A stretch of 64,000 nucleotides of DNA from an uncultured delta proteobacterium (GCA_963706575.1 CAVPNL010000001.1:256001-320000), one strand, 5' to 3'; counted from the first letter of the stretch, positions 19,401-28,726 are shown. A program made the numbers and translations. The notes: generated by a model not told the origin, from the letters alone.

Positions 19401-21008
19401 TTATTTCCTTCGAATTCGTTCGCGATTCTCGTCTTTTTGAGCCAGTTCCTCCAATCCGTCTTTGCCGAATTTCTGAATTTTAACGCCCCCGGAAAGTTTC
19501 GGAAAATCGGACATGAGGCAAAGCTCATCGGGCAGTTTATGCGGGGCGATTTTGTCTTTGATGAATTCCCGGATCTCTTTTAACGTGAGTGATTCCCCCG
19601 GTTTCGGAATCAGGCAAACACAGATGGATTCCCCCAAGACCGGGTTGGGGGTGGCCACCACACACACCTGTTCCACATGGGGATGCTCGATGATCAATGA
19701 CTCCAGTTCATAGGGGTAAATTTTATAGCCGCCGCGGTTGATCAAATCTTTGGTGCGTCCGTAAATTTTATAGTAGCCGTCATCTTCGCGCGACGCCAGA
19801 TCACCCATGAAAAGCCAGCCATCCACAATCTGTTTGTGGGTCTCTTCAGGATTTTTCCAGTATCCTTTCATGACATGCCATCCGCGAAGGGTAAGCTCTC
19901 CGATTTGGCCATCCGGCAGTTCGTCACGGTTTACCGGATCAACGACCCGCATTTGCGTATCGGTGACCGGCTTGCCGATATATTTTTCGCGAATATCCAG
20001 CGTCGAAGGGTAGGGGCACATGGTTCCCAGACCCGGCCCCACCTCCGATGCCCCCCAGAAAGAGGTCAGGTATACGCCCATTTCTTTTTCCACCTGGGCG
20101 ATGAGCCCTTCCGGCGCAATCATTCCAGCAATCAAACCGGCCCGTAAGGAACTGAGATCGTAATTTGAACGGTTATTATGGTTTAATTCCATGATATAGT
20201 GCGGCGGTGCGCCGAGTTGCAGGGTAATCTTCTCGCGTTCGATCAGCCTGAAAGCGTTCTCGACATCGAATTTATCCATTAACACCAGGGTAGACTGCAG
20301 GACGATGGGCTGTATCAAGATTGATCCGCAACCATAGGAATGGCTCATTGGCAAAATACCAATAAAAATATCCTCCGGCGAGGCCTGGATGCCCACTGAG
20401 TATTCCCAGCCGGCGCGCACGGCCGCATAATGGGTGATCATCGCTCCTTTGGGCTTTCCGGTGGTGCCGGAGGTATACAGCAACATGCACAGATCTTCCT
20501 TTGGATCGATGGAGACCGCCTGCAAGGCTTTGCCTTTGCCTTTATCGATTAATTGCCCATAAGTGCTGACGGAATCGCCCTGGCCGTTTCCGACAACGAT
20601 AATTTGTTCGAGGTCGGGCAATTCCGGTTTGATTTTTAAAATTTCATTAAGGTAATTGTAACCGTCCCATTGCCTGAAAATAAAAAGTCCTCTGACTTCT
20701 GAATTTTTCAGAATGAATTGCGCCTCGGACATGCGATAAATGGCATTTAGCCAGACAACGATGACGCCAATCTTTTGCAGGGCGTAAAAAGCCGTGACCA
20801 GCTCCAGGGAGTTTTTCATGTAAATGGCGACCCGATCGCCTTTTTTAAAACCCATTTCGGCAAGACTGACTGCTAACGCTTCTGCCTGGTCGTTGAGTTG
20901 CGAATACGTTATGCGCGCGTCTGCGTCTATAATCGCAACTTTGTCGGGAGATTCGACCGCCGCTTTTTCTAGTACTTGTCCCAGTGTCAGATTTTCTAAT
21001 CCCTCCAT
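19401..21008 (-). CDS. AMP-forming acyl/aryl-CoA ligase
   Basis: YTSGTTGKPKG, FWGASE, GWLFMGD, GRTKDLINRGG. Confidence 0.93.
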   Translation of the reverse strand: MEGLENLTLGQVLEKAAVESPDKVAIIDADARITYSQLNDQAEALAVSLAEMGFKKGDRVAIYMKNSLELVTAFYALQKIGVIVVWLNAIYRMSEAQFILKNSEVRGLFIFRQWDGYNYLNEILKIKPELPDLEQIIVVGNGQGDSVSTYGQLIDKGKGKALQAVSIDPKEDLCMLLYTSGTTGKPKGAMITHYAAVRAGWEYSVGIQASPEDIFIGILPMSHSYGCGSILIQPIVLQSTLVLMDKFDVENAFRLIEREKITLQLGAPPHYIMELNHNNRSNYDLSSLRAGLIAGMIAPEGLIAQVEKEMGVYLTSFWGASEVGPGLGTMCPYPSTLDIREKYIGKPVTDTQMRVVDPVNRDELPDGQIGELTLRGWHVMKGYWKNPEETHKQIVDGWLFMGDLASREDDGYYKIYGRTKDLINRGGYKIYPYELESLIIEHPHVEQVCVVATPNPVLGESICVCLIPKPGESLTLKEIREFIKDKIAPHKLPDELCLMSDFPKLSGGVKIQKFGKDGLEELAQKDENRERIRRK

Positions 21009-21056
21009 GTCAGAAACCTCTTATCTTTAATCAATCAAAGCCAGATCTTAATCCGG

Positions 21057-21175
21057 GTGTTATTTGTTATTCGTTAGTGGTTAATAGATGTCTGTTTTGC
21101 GAATCATGTTCGCGGCTGGAAGCCGCTCCCACAAATAACGATTAACGAATAACTGATACCCAATAACGCGTAACG
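21057..21175. repeat. Inverted 7-mer array (GTTATTC/GAATAAC) enclosing a REP-like palindrome
   Basis: GTTATTTGTTATTCGTTAGTGGTTA ... ATAACGATTAACGAATAAC. The central TTCGCGGCTGGAAGCCGCTCCCAC reads GTGGGAGCGGCTTCCAGCCGCGAA on the minus strand. Confidence 0.6.
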
Positions 21176-21202
21176 CCGAATTGAGCACTGGTCAATTCGG
21201 CA

Positions 21203-21994
21203 TTAGATTTTAAGGTATCCCAGATCAGACGAAATCGTTTCGCAGGTATTTTTTACCAGGTCGATGATGTGATCCAGATCATCGGTCTGGTTGCGTAAAC
21301 CGGCGGGCAGCGCGATCCCCAGGGCGGCAACGACCTGACGGGAGTAATCCCGGATGGGAGCTGCAATGCCGATGACGCTTTCGACCGCTTCTTCTTTTTC
21401 CAAAACGTAACCCTGGTCGCGAATCTGCTCCAGGCGAAGGCTGAACGCATCTGTATCGGTAATCGAGAGCGGGGTATAGGGTTTTAACGGATATTTTTTT
21501 AAAATGCGCTTGAGATCCTGCGGATCGAGGCTTGACATTAAAACCATGCCCAGCATGCCGTAGTTCAGCGGGCGTCGCCAGCCGACTTCCGATGAAATCC
21601 GGATCATTCCTTGCCCCTCGCGTTTGTCGACATAAACCAGCTGATCTTCCATGTTGACCCCCAGCAGGACGGTGGCACCGACCTCGCTTTGCAGTCGGGT
21701 CATCGAATAAGAAGCTGCCTGGCGCAAGGAAAATGACGAAAACACAATGCCGCCCAGTTCAAAAAGACGCATCCCCAGCTGATATTTTTTTGACTGCGGG
21801 TCTTGCTGGAGATAACCGCGGGTGGTAAGGTTGGAAATCAGGCGTTTGACGGTTGTTTTATTGAGACCGGTACGATTGACCACTTCCGTCAGGCTCATCG
21901 CTCTATCCTGAAAGCTGAAGCAATCTAAAATATCGAGAGCCCGTTCCAGCGCCTGCACTTTATAAATCGAATTTTTATCTTTATATTGTTTCAT
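21203..21994 (-). CDS. IclR-family transcriptional regulator
   Basis: VQALERALDIL, HTH LNKTTVKRL, YQLGMRLFELG, IRDQGY...GIAAPIRD. Confidence 0.95.
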   Translation of the reverse strand: MKQYKDKNSIYKVQALERALDILDCFSFQDRAMSLTEVVNRTGLNKTTVKRLISNLTTRGYLQQDPQSKKYQLGMRLFELGGIVFSSFSLRQAASYSMTRLQSEVGATVLLGVNMEDQLVYVDKREGQGMIRISSEVGWRRPLNYGMLGMVLMSSLDPQDLKRILKKYPLKPYTPLSITDTDAFSLRLEQIRDQGYVLEKEEAVESVIGIAAPIRDYSRQVVAALGIALPAGLRNQTDDLDHIIDLVKNTCETISSDLGYLKI

Positions 21995-22023
21995 ATCATG
22001 AATATAAATTTTATTAGATGAAA
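21989..22023. promoter_or_regulatory. Tandem IclR-type operator overlapping the iclR start codon
   Basis: TTTCATATCATGAAT (21989-22003) and TTTTATTAGATGAAA (22009-22023), 20-bp period. Confidence 0.55.
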
Positions 22024-22141
22024 TTTATACCATGATTTTTTATAAGGTCAATATGAAAATTTAGAAATCCAAATTTAAACAGATTTTATAAATCAATTTG
22101 TACTTGACAGAAAGTGCCAGATCGTAATAAACAAAAAATCT

Positions 22142-22168
22142 ATGAAACATTATTTCATAATATGAAAC
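22142..22168. promoter_or_regulatory. IclR-type operator upstream of the second Hcr-like operon
   Basis: Perfect palindrome TTTCATA-A-TATGAAA (22153-22167) plus an ATGAAA half-site 20 bp upstream; TTGACA at 22104. Confidence 0.65.
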
Positions 22169-22279
22169 ACCTTTATCTGATTCAGATCTCCGGCGATGTT
22201 CGGACTAACATATAATTCCCGGCCTATCTGCCATCACAGAAGACGGACTTGTTTCAGAATTGATGAAAAGGGGGCAGTT

Positions 22280-23257
22280 GTGAGATTACCAAAATTTGAA
22301 TATTTTGAGCCAGAAGATCTAAAAGCGGCCGTCGCCATTCTGCAAAAAGAGCCGGCTGCTAAAATCCTCGCGGGTGGGACCGATCTGCTGGTGAATATGA
22401 AGCATCGGGTTGAGTGCCCACCGGTTCTCGTCAATATTAAAAGAATAGCGGACCTGGACTACATCCGGCAGGATAATGGGGATATCCGCATCGGTGCCTT
22501 AACCCCCCTGAAACGGCTGCACGCCGAATCTCTTGTTGTTAAAAATTTTCCCGGTCTGGCCCAGGCGGCTTCTGCGGTGGGCTCCTACCATCACCAGGTT
22601 ATGGGAACAATGGCGGGTAACATCTGTCAGCAAAATCGATGTATGTATTTTAATCAATCCAAATGGTGGCGAAGCTCGCGACCGACCTGTTACAAGGCCG
22701 GAGGCGAGATCTGTCATGTAGTCAACAAAAAAGAGATCTGTTATTCAGCCTACTGCGGCGACATGGCGCCTGCCCTGATGGTCGTCAATGCCCGCATAGC
22801 GCTGGAGGGCCCCGACGGGTCAAAAGAGATGCCGATCGAAGACTTCTTTTCAGGGGATGGCAAATCACCCCTGGTCAAAGAACCGGCGGAGATCTTAAGG
22901 GAAATCATTATACCCAAAACGTCAGCCGATGGAATTTCCAGCTATATCAAATTTGCCAATCGCGAGAGCATTGACTTTCCCATCGTTGGCGCCGCCTTGT
23001 GGGCATCTGAAACCGAAAAACAGTATCGGGTGGCGTTTACGGCTGTTGATCGCAAGCCAGTGAGAGGCAAAGAGGCGGAAGATTTTTTAAACGGTAAGGA
23101 ATTGAGCGCGGAGAACGCGAAGGCCGCTTCCGATCTGGCGGCCAAGGCAGCCAAACCGGTAAAAACGTCTGTTTATTCGCCGACTCACAAAAAACGCATG
23201 ATGGGAGTGTTGCTGCAAAACGCGGTGAATGAAGCAAAGAGGAGGTCAAGCGAATGA
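22280..23257 (+). CDS. FAD/[4Fe-4S] subunit, 4-hydroxybenzoyl-CoA reductase beta-like (HcrB-like, copy 2)
   Basis: AGGTDL; NICQQNRCMYFNQSKWWRS...CYKAGGEICHV...CYSAYCGD; RESIDFP. GTG start at 22280 after AAGGGGG. Confidence 0.92.
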   Translation: MRLPKFEYFEPEDLKAAVAILQKEPAAKILAGGTDLLVNMKHRVECPPVLVNIKRIADLDYIRQDNGDIRIGALTPLKRLHAESLVVKNFPGLAQAASAVGSYHHQVMGTMAGNICQQNRCMYFNQSKWWRSSRPTCYKAGGEICHVVNKKEICYSAYCGDMAPALMVVNARIALEGPDGSKEMPIEDFFSGDGKSPLVKEPAEILREIIIPKTSADGISSYIKFANRESIDFPIVGAALWASETEKQYRVAFTAVDRKPVRGKEAEDFLNGKELSAENAKAASDLAAKAAKPVKTSVYSPTHKKRMMGVLLQNAVNEAKRRSSE

Positions 23258-23730
23258 AAGAGGCCATCGAACTGCATATTAACGGTGATACCTATGAGTT
23301 GCTTGTTTCGCCAAACTATACCCTGCTGGAGGTCTTGAGAGATAAGCTGGGTTTGATGGGCACCAAACGCGGATGTGACCTGGGGGCCTGCGGGGCGTGT
23401 ACGGTGCTACTTGACGGCGAGGCCTGTCTGTCCTGTTTAATGCTTGCCGTCGATGCCAGGGGCAAGCAGATTCTGACCATTGAAGGGCTGGCGGAAGGCG
23501 GCGACCTTCACCCGCTGCAGGACGCCTTTGTGCAAAAAGGTGCGCTGCAATGCGGTTTTTGCACCCCGGGTATGATCTTAACCGCCAAAGCAATCCTCGA
23601 TGAAGAACCGCATGCCAGCGAAGATGTGATCAAGCATAAGATGGCCGGGAACCTGTGCCGCTGTACCGGATATAAAAAAGTGATTGAAGCGGTGATGAGT
23701 GTTGCAACCTCATCCGGCAAGGAGGTATAA
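23254..23730 (+). CDS. 2x[2Fe-2S] subunit (HcrC-like, copy 2)
   Basis: GCDLGACGACTV, QCGFCTPG, NLCRCTGY; ATGA overlap with the upstream gene. Confidence 0.95.
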   Translation: MKEAIELHINGDTYELLVSPNYTLLEVLRDKLGLMGTKRGCDLGACGACTVLLDGEACLSCLMLAVDARGKQILTIEGLAEGGDLHPLQDAFVQKGALQCGFCTPGMILTAKAILDEEPHASEDVIKHKMAGNLCRCTGYKKVIEAVMSVATSSGKEV

Positions 23731-26019
23731 ATGCGAAAAAAATTCAATGTCGTTGGCACCAGATTACCGATGATGGATGCCGCCCAGAAAGCCAAGGGAA
23801 GCGCCCTGTTTGCCGATGACCTCGTGCTTCCCGGGATGCTTTACGGAAAGATATTGCGAAGCCCGCTGCCCCACGCAAAAATATTGAATATTGACACTTC
23901 CAAAGCAGCCAGACTACCGGGTGTAAAGGGCGTTGTCACCGGCAGCGATATCCCCGATCGACTGTATGGAATTGTTCCCAAGGCCAGTGATGAGTATGCC
24001 CTGGCCAAGGGCAAGGTCCGCTATATTGGAGACGATGTCGCCGCGGTTTGCGCCGTTGACACCGAGATTGCCGAAGAGGCCCTGGAACTGATCGAGGTGG
24101 ATTATGAGGAGCTTCCGGCGGTATATGACCTTTTTGAAGCCAAAAAGGACGGCGCACCGGTCATTCATGAAGGCATAAAAAACAACACGTCCTTTGCCAT
24201 CAAGAAAGAGTTCGGTGATGTCAAAAAGGCCTTTGCCGAATCCGATGCTGTTTTTGAAGATACATTTTTCTCCCAGGCCGTAAATCATGCCCCCCTTGAG
24301 CCGCACGCCGCCCTGGCCCAATTCGACCCGCTAAATGGGGAGCTCACGCTCTGGAGCTCAACCCAGATACCGTTTTTTTTAAGACGCAATCTATCCCACA
24401 CCCTTCAGATTCCGGAAAGTAAGGTGCGGATAATCAAACCCAAGGTCGGCGGCGGGTTTGGGCAGAAGATTGACATGTTTGCCAAGGATTTCTGTGCGGC
24501 CTGGTTTGCGATGCAACTGGGAAAACCCGTAAAATTCGTCTACGACCGGGAAGAGGTTTTTATCGCCACCCGGCAAAGGCACCCCATGTATATTACCGTT
24601 AAGACCGGTTTGAAAAAGGACGGGACCATCCTGGCGCAACAATTTCAATCTTACGCCGACGGCGGGGCTTATAACAGCACCGCTCCGACGATGATGGCCC
24701 TTTCCTGCTTTTTCCTGATGATCCCCTATAAAGTTCCCAATCTGTTTTATGAGGGTTATCATGTCTATACCAACAAACCCGTGGGCGGGGCCATGCGCGG
24801 GCACGGTATTCCCCAGGCGCGCTTTGCCGTTGAACGCCAATTGGACCTGATGTGCGCACGACTCGGGCTCGATCCGGTCGAGGTTCGTATAAAAAACAGC
24901 ATCCATGCCGGGGAACCTCATTCGGCCGGATTCGTCATCAATACCTGCGGATTTTCAGAATCGGTTCAAAAGGCGGCCGACGCCATCGGATGGTCAGAAA
25001 AGCGGGGGAAGTTGCCCCTTGGCCGGGGCGTGGGATTAGCCGGCGCTTCGTTTCCCAGCGGGGTCAGCAATATGAGTCATATCAGTTCCGGTGCGGTGGT
25101 TCAGGTGGGCCGGGACGGGGCGGTCAATGTATTATCCGGCGCTGCGGATATCGGCCAGGGAGCGGAAACTGTTATCAGCCAGATCGTGGCCGAAGAGCTG
25201 GGCGTGCCCCTTGAAGACATTCGTATGACGGCAGCCGACACGGGGATTACACCGCTGGACCCGGGGACCTTCGGAAGCGGTGTGACCGTCAGGGCCGGCA
25301 ATGCCGCGCGGCTGGCCGCGGCCGCGGTCAAACAAAAACTCTTCGATTTTCTGGCAGATAAACTTGAGGCCAACGTTGCGGATTTAGTTGCCAAAGAACG
25401 CAAGATTTTTGTAAAAGGTTCTCCGGAAAAAGGAATGACCTTCCTGGAAGCCCTGAAGGCCTATCAATATGCGGATCTGCCCATGCCGATCGTGGGAAGA
25501 GGGTCATGGATGGCGCCGGCCGCTGAACCGACCACCCTGTTTAAGCAGGATGGTAATTTTTCCCCCAACTATTCTTTTATGACCCAGGCGGCTGAAGTCG
25601 AAGTGAACCTCATTACCGGCAAGGTAAAACTGCTGCGGATGGTCACCGCCCATGACTGCGGACGGCCCATTAACCCGATGCTGGTTGAGGGGCAGCTAGA
25701 GGGCTCTGTTGTCGGCGGCATGGGTCAGGCCCTGTATGAAGATGTGGTCGTTCAAAAAGGGCAGGTGATGAATCCTTCATTTCTGGACTACGGCTTTCCA
25801 ACCTTTCTGGAAATGCCGGAAATTGAGGCCATCGAAGTCGAAACGGATGATCCTATCGGGCCGTATGGAGCCAAAGAGGCCGGAGAAGGTACCCAGCTGT
25901 CGCCGGCACCGGCGATTGTAAACGCTATTTATGACGCCATCGGTGTTGACTTTATGGAGCTGCCGATTACACCCGAAAAGATTCTGGATGCGCTGGAAGC
26001 GAAGAAGAAAAAAGAATAA
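23731..26019 (+). CDS. Molybdopterin large subunit, 4-hydroxybenzoyl-CoA reductase alpha-like (HcrA-like, copy 2)
   Basis: SSTQIP, GGGFGQK, GAMRGHG, AADIGQG, GAKEAGEG. Confidence 0.92.
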   Translation: MRKKFNVVGTRLPMMDAAQKAKGSALFADDLVLPGMLYGKILRSPLPHAKILNIDTSKAARLPGVKGVVTGSDIPDRLYGIVPKASDEYALAKGKVRYIGDDVAAVCAVDTEIAEEALELIEVDYEELPAVYDLFEAKKDGAPVIHEGIKNNTSFAIKKEFGDVKKAFAESDAVFEDTFFSQAVNHAPLEPHAALAQFDPLNGELTLWSSTQIPFFLRRNLSHTLQIPESKVRIIKPKVGGGFGQKIDMFAKDFCAAWFAMQLGKPVKFVYDREEVFIATRQRHPMYITVKTGLKKDGTILAQQFQSYADGGAYNSTAPTMMALSCFFLMIPYKVPNLFYEGYHVYTNKPVGGAMRGHGIPQARFAVERQLDLMCARLGLDPVEVRIKNSIHAGEPHSAGFVINTCGFSESVQKAADAIGWSEKRGKLPLGRGVGLAGASFPSGVSNMSHISSGAVVQVGRDGAVNVLSGAADIGQGAETVISQIVAEELGVPLEDIRMTAADTGITPLDPGTFGSGVTVRAGNAARLAAAAVKQKLFDFLADKLEANVADLVAKERKIFVKGSPEKGMTFLEALKAYQYADLPMPIVGRGSWMAPAAEPTTLFKQDGNFSPNYSFMTQAAEVEVNLITGKVKLLRMVTAHDCGRPINPMLVEGQLEGSVVGGMGQALYEDVVVQKGQVMNPSFLDYGFPTFLEMPEIEAIEVETDDPIGPYGAKEAGEGTQLSPAPAIVNAIYDAIGVDFMELPITPEKILDALEAKKKKE

Positions 26020-26045
26020 TTGGAAAGAACTTCAGGCTTAAAATC

Positions 26046-26140
26046 CTCACGCAAAGACGCTAAAAAACACGCGCGCAAAGATATTAAGATATATATAATA
26101 AATTTTTTTCTTTGCGAGCTTTGCGGCTTTGCGTGCGAAA
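26046..26140. repeat. Inverted array of CGCAAAG / CTTTGCG units between convergent genes
   Basis: CTCACGCAAAGACGCTAAA...CGCAAAG ... CTTTGCGAGCTTTGCGGCTTTGCGTG. Confidence 0.7.
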
Positions 26141-26165
26141 TAAAAAGGATCAATAGACTCTTTAG

Positions 26166-27341
26166 CTAGATCATCACTTTTTTGAGCGTCTGACTGATCG
26201 ACCGCAGATCCTTGAAGTTTCCCATTGGCAGAAAGTAGTCCACGTAGGGCAGGGCAGCGCTCATCCCCCGGCAGATCGGCTCGTAATCCCGCGTTCCCAT
26301 CAGCGGATTTAACCATATTATTTTATAGGTTTTGCGTTTCAGGAAAGCCATCTGGTTATCGAGCAAATCGATTTCGCCTCTGTCCCAGCCGTCACTGAAA
26401 ATTATAACAATATCTTTGTGGGAAAGCTGCCTTGCCCCGAAGGTTTCATTGAACAGCTTAAGGCAATGGCCGATGCGTGTCCCGCCGCCCCAGTCAGAAA
26501 TAGCTCCCGGAATTTGCGTAACGGCAGACGTAAAATCACCCGTCTCGAATTGATGGGTTACTCTGGAAAGATCGGTTGAAAACAAGAAGATTTCGGTCTG
26601 TCGGTCAATTCGTTTAAGGGCATGGATGAACTGCAGGATCATCAGGGTATAAATATCCATTGAACCGCTGACATCGCAAAAAAAGATAACCCGGCGTTTT
26701 TTTATTTTTTTCTTTCTAAAATCAAGCAGGATCAGTTCCCCGCCGAATTGCATGTTTTTTCTCAGTATTTTTCGCAGACTGACTTCTTTTCCCCGTATGG
26801 TATATTGAAACCGTCGACTGATCCGGTTGGCCAGCGGTTGCAGTAATCTGTTGATTGTTTCGTAGACGTCTCTGTCGCCGTCAAAACTGATTTCCTGCAA
26901 TTGATCTGATTGCGAAAGGGCTTGCGGGCTGTAGCGCAGCGCCCATTGTTTGCTGGCATTTGGTTCAGCATCCCCGCCGGTCTGAAGATAGCTCATTTTT
27001 TCTTTAACGGCGCTGAGGATGTCCTCTTCGGTTTCGCTTTCCCCGACGCCTTCAGCCGGAACCTGAAGTGTGGCCCGTTCCTTGGGCAACCAGAAATCAT
27101 AAAATAAGTGATCGAACTTGGGGAGATTTTCCTTACAGCTGATAAAATTGCTGCGAAGCAAACAGTGAAATGTCTGAAGGTTGGAAATGTCAATCAACGG
27201 CAAGCCCGCAAGTGTGTCTAATACAGCCGGCAGGGAAACCGAAATATCGTTATCTCGCAACAGATGCGAAAATCGAACGATATTTTCGATCAATCCTTCT
27301 TCTGAGCGGTACGACGAATTGTCGGTCTTTTCATTCGGCAT
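26166..27341 (-). CDS. VWA-domain protein, CoxE-like
   Basis: CDVSGSM MIDAS motif, WGGGTRIG, SDGWDRG, IIWLNPL. Confidence 0.92.
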   Translation of the reverse strand: MPNEKTDNSSYRSEEGLIENIVRFSHLLRDNDISVSLPAVLDTLAGLPLIDISNLQTFHCLLRSNFISCKENLPKFDHLFYDFWLPKERATLQVPAEGVGESETEEDILSAVKEKMSYLQTGGDAEPNASKQWALRYSPQALSQSDQLQEISFDGDRDVYETINRLLQPLANRISRRFQYTIRGKEVSLRKILRKNMQFGGELILLDFRKKKIKKRRVIFFCDVSGSMDIYTLMILQFIHALKRIDRQTEIFLFSTDLSRVTHQFETGDFTSAVTQIPGAISDWGGGTRIGHCLKLFNETFGARQLSHKDIVIIFSDGWDRGEIDLLDNQMAFLKRKTYKIIWLNPLMGTRDYEPICRGMSAALPYVDYFLPMGNFKDLRSISQTLKKVMI

Positions 27342-27351
27342 TTTTATGTGA

Positions 27352-27484
27352 TTTAAATTGAGCGATTGTCGAGGTTGCCGCAGCTACAAGGAAGATGTCG
27401 TTCCGCTATAGTTGACTATGTGGGACGGCATCTGACGCGGTAGATGTGGTGAGATCGGCAATCCCGGAGGGTTTCAAATTTAAA
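27352..27484. repeat. ~130-bp long imperfect hairpin repeat
   Basis: Nested arms TTTAAATTGA/TCAAATTTAAA, GATTGTCGA/TCGGCAATC, AGATGTCGTTCC/GGGACGGCATCT, and central ATAG/CTAT. Confidence 0.6.
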
Positions 27485-27547
27485 AAATTAAAAATGACAG
27501 AATTCCTCACGAATAAAAACATTTTCATTTTTTTAAATTTGGAACGC

Positions 27548-28471
27548 TCATTTTAAGTCGGAGTATGAAGTTAATAGATGGGTGCGTTTTTCCGGATTTG
27601 GCCAGATATTGGATTTGAAATTTTGAATATCTTCGCGGTACTTGAAAATGCATCCCAACGTCTGTTCGACCGTTTCTTCATCCAGGACGTTGCGGTGAAG
27701 TTTAAGAAGGGCTTCGGCCCAGTCAAGGGTTTCGGACACACCCGGTCTTTTCATCAGGTCTTCCTTGCGGATATTTTGCATGAAAATCGCAATTTGATGG
27801 ATAAGCGACTCTTCCAGTTTCGGTACCCGCGCGTGGATGATTTTCATTTCCTTGTCCAGGTCCGGATAATCGATCCAGTGATAAAAACAGCGCCGTTTGA
27901 GGGCGTCGTGGATGTCTCGGGTTCGATTGGATGTAATCACGACCATGGGTTTCTGGGTGGCTTTCAAAGTGCCGATTTCCGGGATCGATACCTGAAAATC
28001 GGACAGGATTTCCAGTAGAAATGCTTCAAATTCCTCATCGGCACGATCCAATTCATCGATCAACAGTACCGGTGTGTTGCCCTGAGAAGTCTGGATGGCC
28101 TCCAGCAACGGTCTTTTGATCAAATAGGGCTCACTGTAAATTACCTGGCCCATTTCTTCGGGTGACAGGCCGCATTGCTCGTCCATTTTGATACGCAGCA
28201 GTTGTTTGGGATAATTCCATTCATACAGGGCCGAATTGGCATCCAGGCCTTCGTAACATTGAAGCCGGATAAGTTCAGTGGAGAGAATGTCCGCCAGGAC
28301 CAGGGCGACCTCGGTTTTTCCGACGCCGGGTTCTCCTTCTAGAAATATGGGTTTGCTGAGTTGGTATGAGAGATAAAGCACGGTCGCCAAAGATTGATCC
28401 GATATGTATCGATGCCGGGTCAGTTGTTCACGGATAACATCAATGGAAGAAAAGCTGTTTTTTGCGCTCAT
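27548..28471 (-). CDS. MoxR-family AAA+ ATPase, CoxD-like
   Basis: LEGEPGVGKT, IRLQCYEG, LIDELDRADEEFEA, SNRTRDIHDALKRRC. Confidence 0.94.
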   Translation of the reverse strand: MSAKNSFSSIDVIREQLTRHRYISDQSLATVLYLSYQLSKPIFLEGEPGVGKTEVALVLADILSTELIRLQCYEGLDANSALYEWNYPKQLLRIKMDEQCGLSPEEMGQVIYSEPYLIKRPLLEAIQTSQGNTPVLLIDELDRADEEFEAFLLEILSDFQVSIPEIGTLKATQKPMVVITSNRTRDIHDALKRRCFYHWIDYPDLDKEMKIIHARVPKLEESLIHQIAIFMQNIRKEDLMKRPGVSETLDWAEALLKLHRNVLDEETVEQTLGCIFKYREDIQNFKSNIWPNPEKRTHLLTSYSDLK

Positions 28472-28629
28472 AAAAGTACCTTTTTATTTTGAGCATGCTT
28501 ATGCTCTAAGCGATCCTCTTTTGCGGCGAAACCCTAATTCTATTATTATGCAGTTTTTGGTTAGGTCAAGGGAATTCAACCATAGGTTAACCGTCGCCGG
28601 AGGTGAAAGCTGGAGTCGTGTACTAAAAA

Positions 28630-28719
28630 GGTTTCGGGTGTCAGCAAACAGATGACTGAGGGCAGGAGACAGTCTGCCCTTGTCTTCTATCCTCTGTATC
28701 TTCCTGACACCTGACACCT
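28630..28719. repeat. Inverted 7-mer array (GGTGTCAG / CTGACACC)
   Basis: GGTTTCGGGTGTCAG ... CCTGACACCTGACACC, directly downstream of icmF. Confidence 0.55.
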
Positions 28720-28726
28720 ACTTATC

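Noticed and set aside
19384..19528. Longer N-terminus of the MttB ORF given in the ORF track
   Set aside because: It overlaps the ligase 3' end by >120 bp; ATG 19384 has a good RBS and matches family length.
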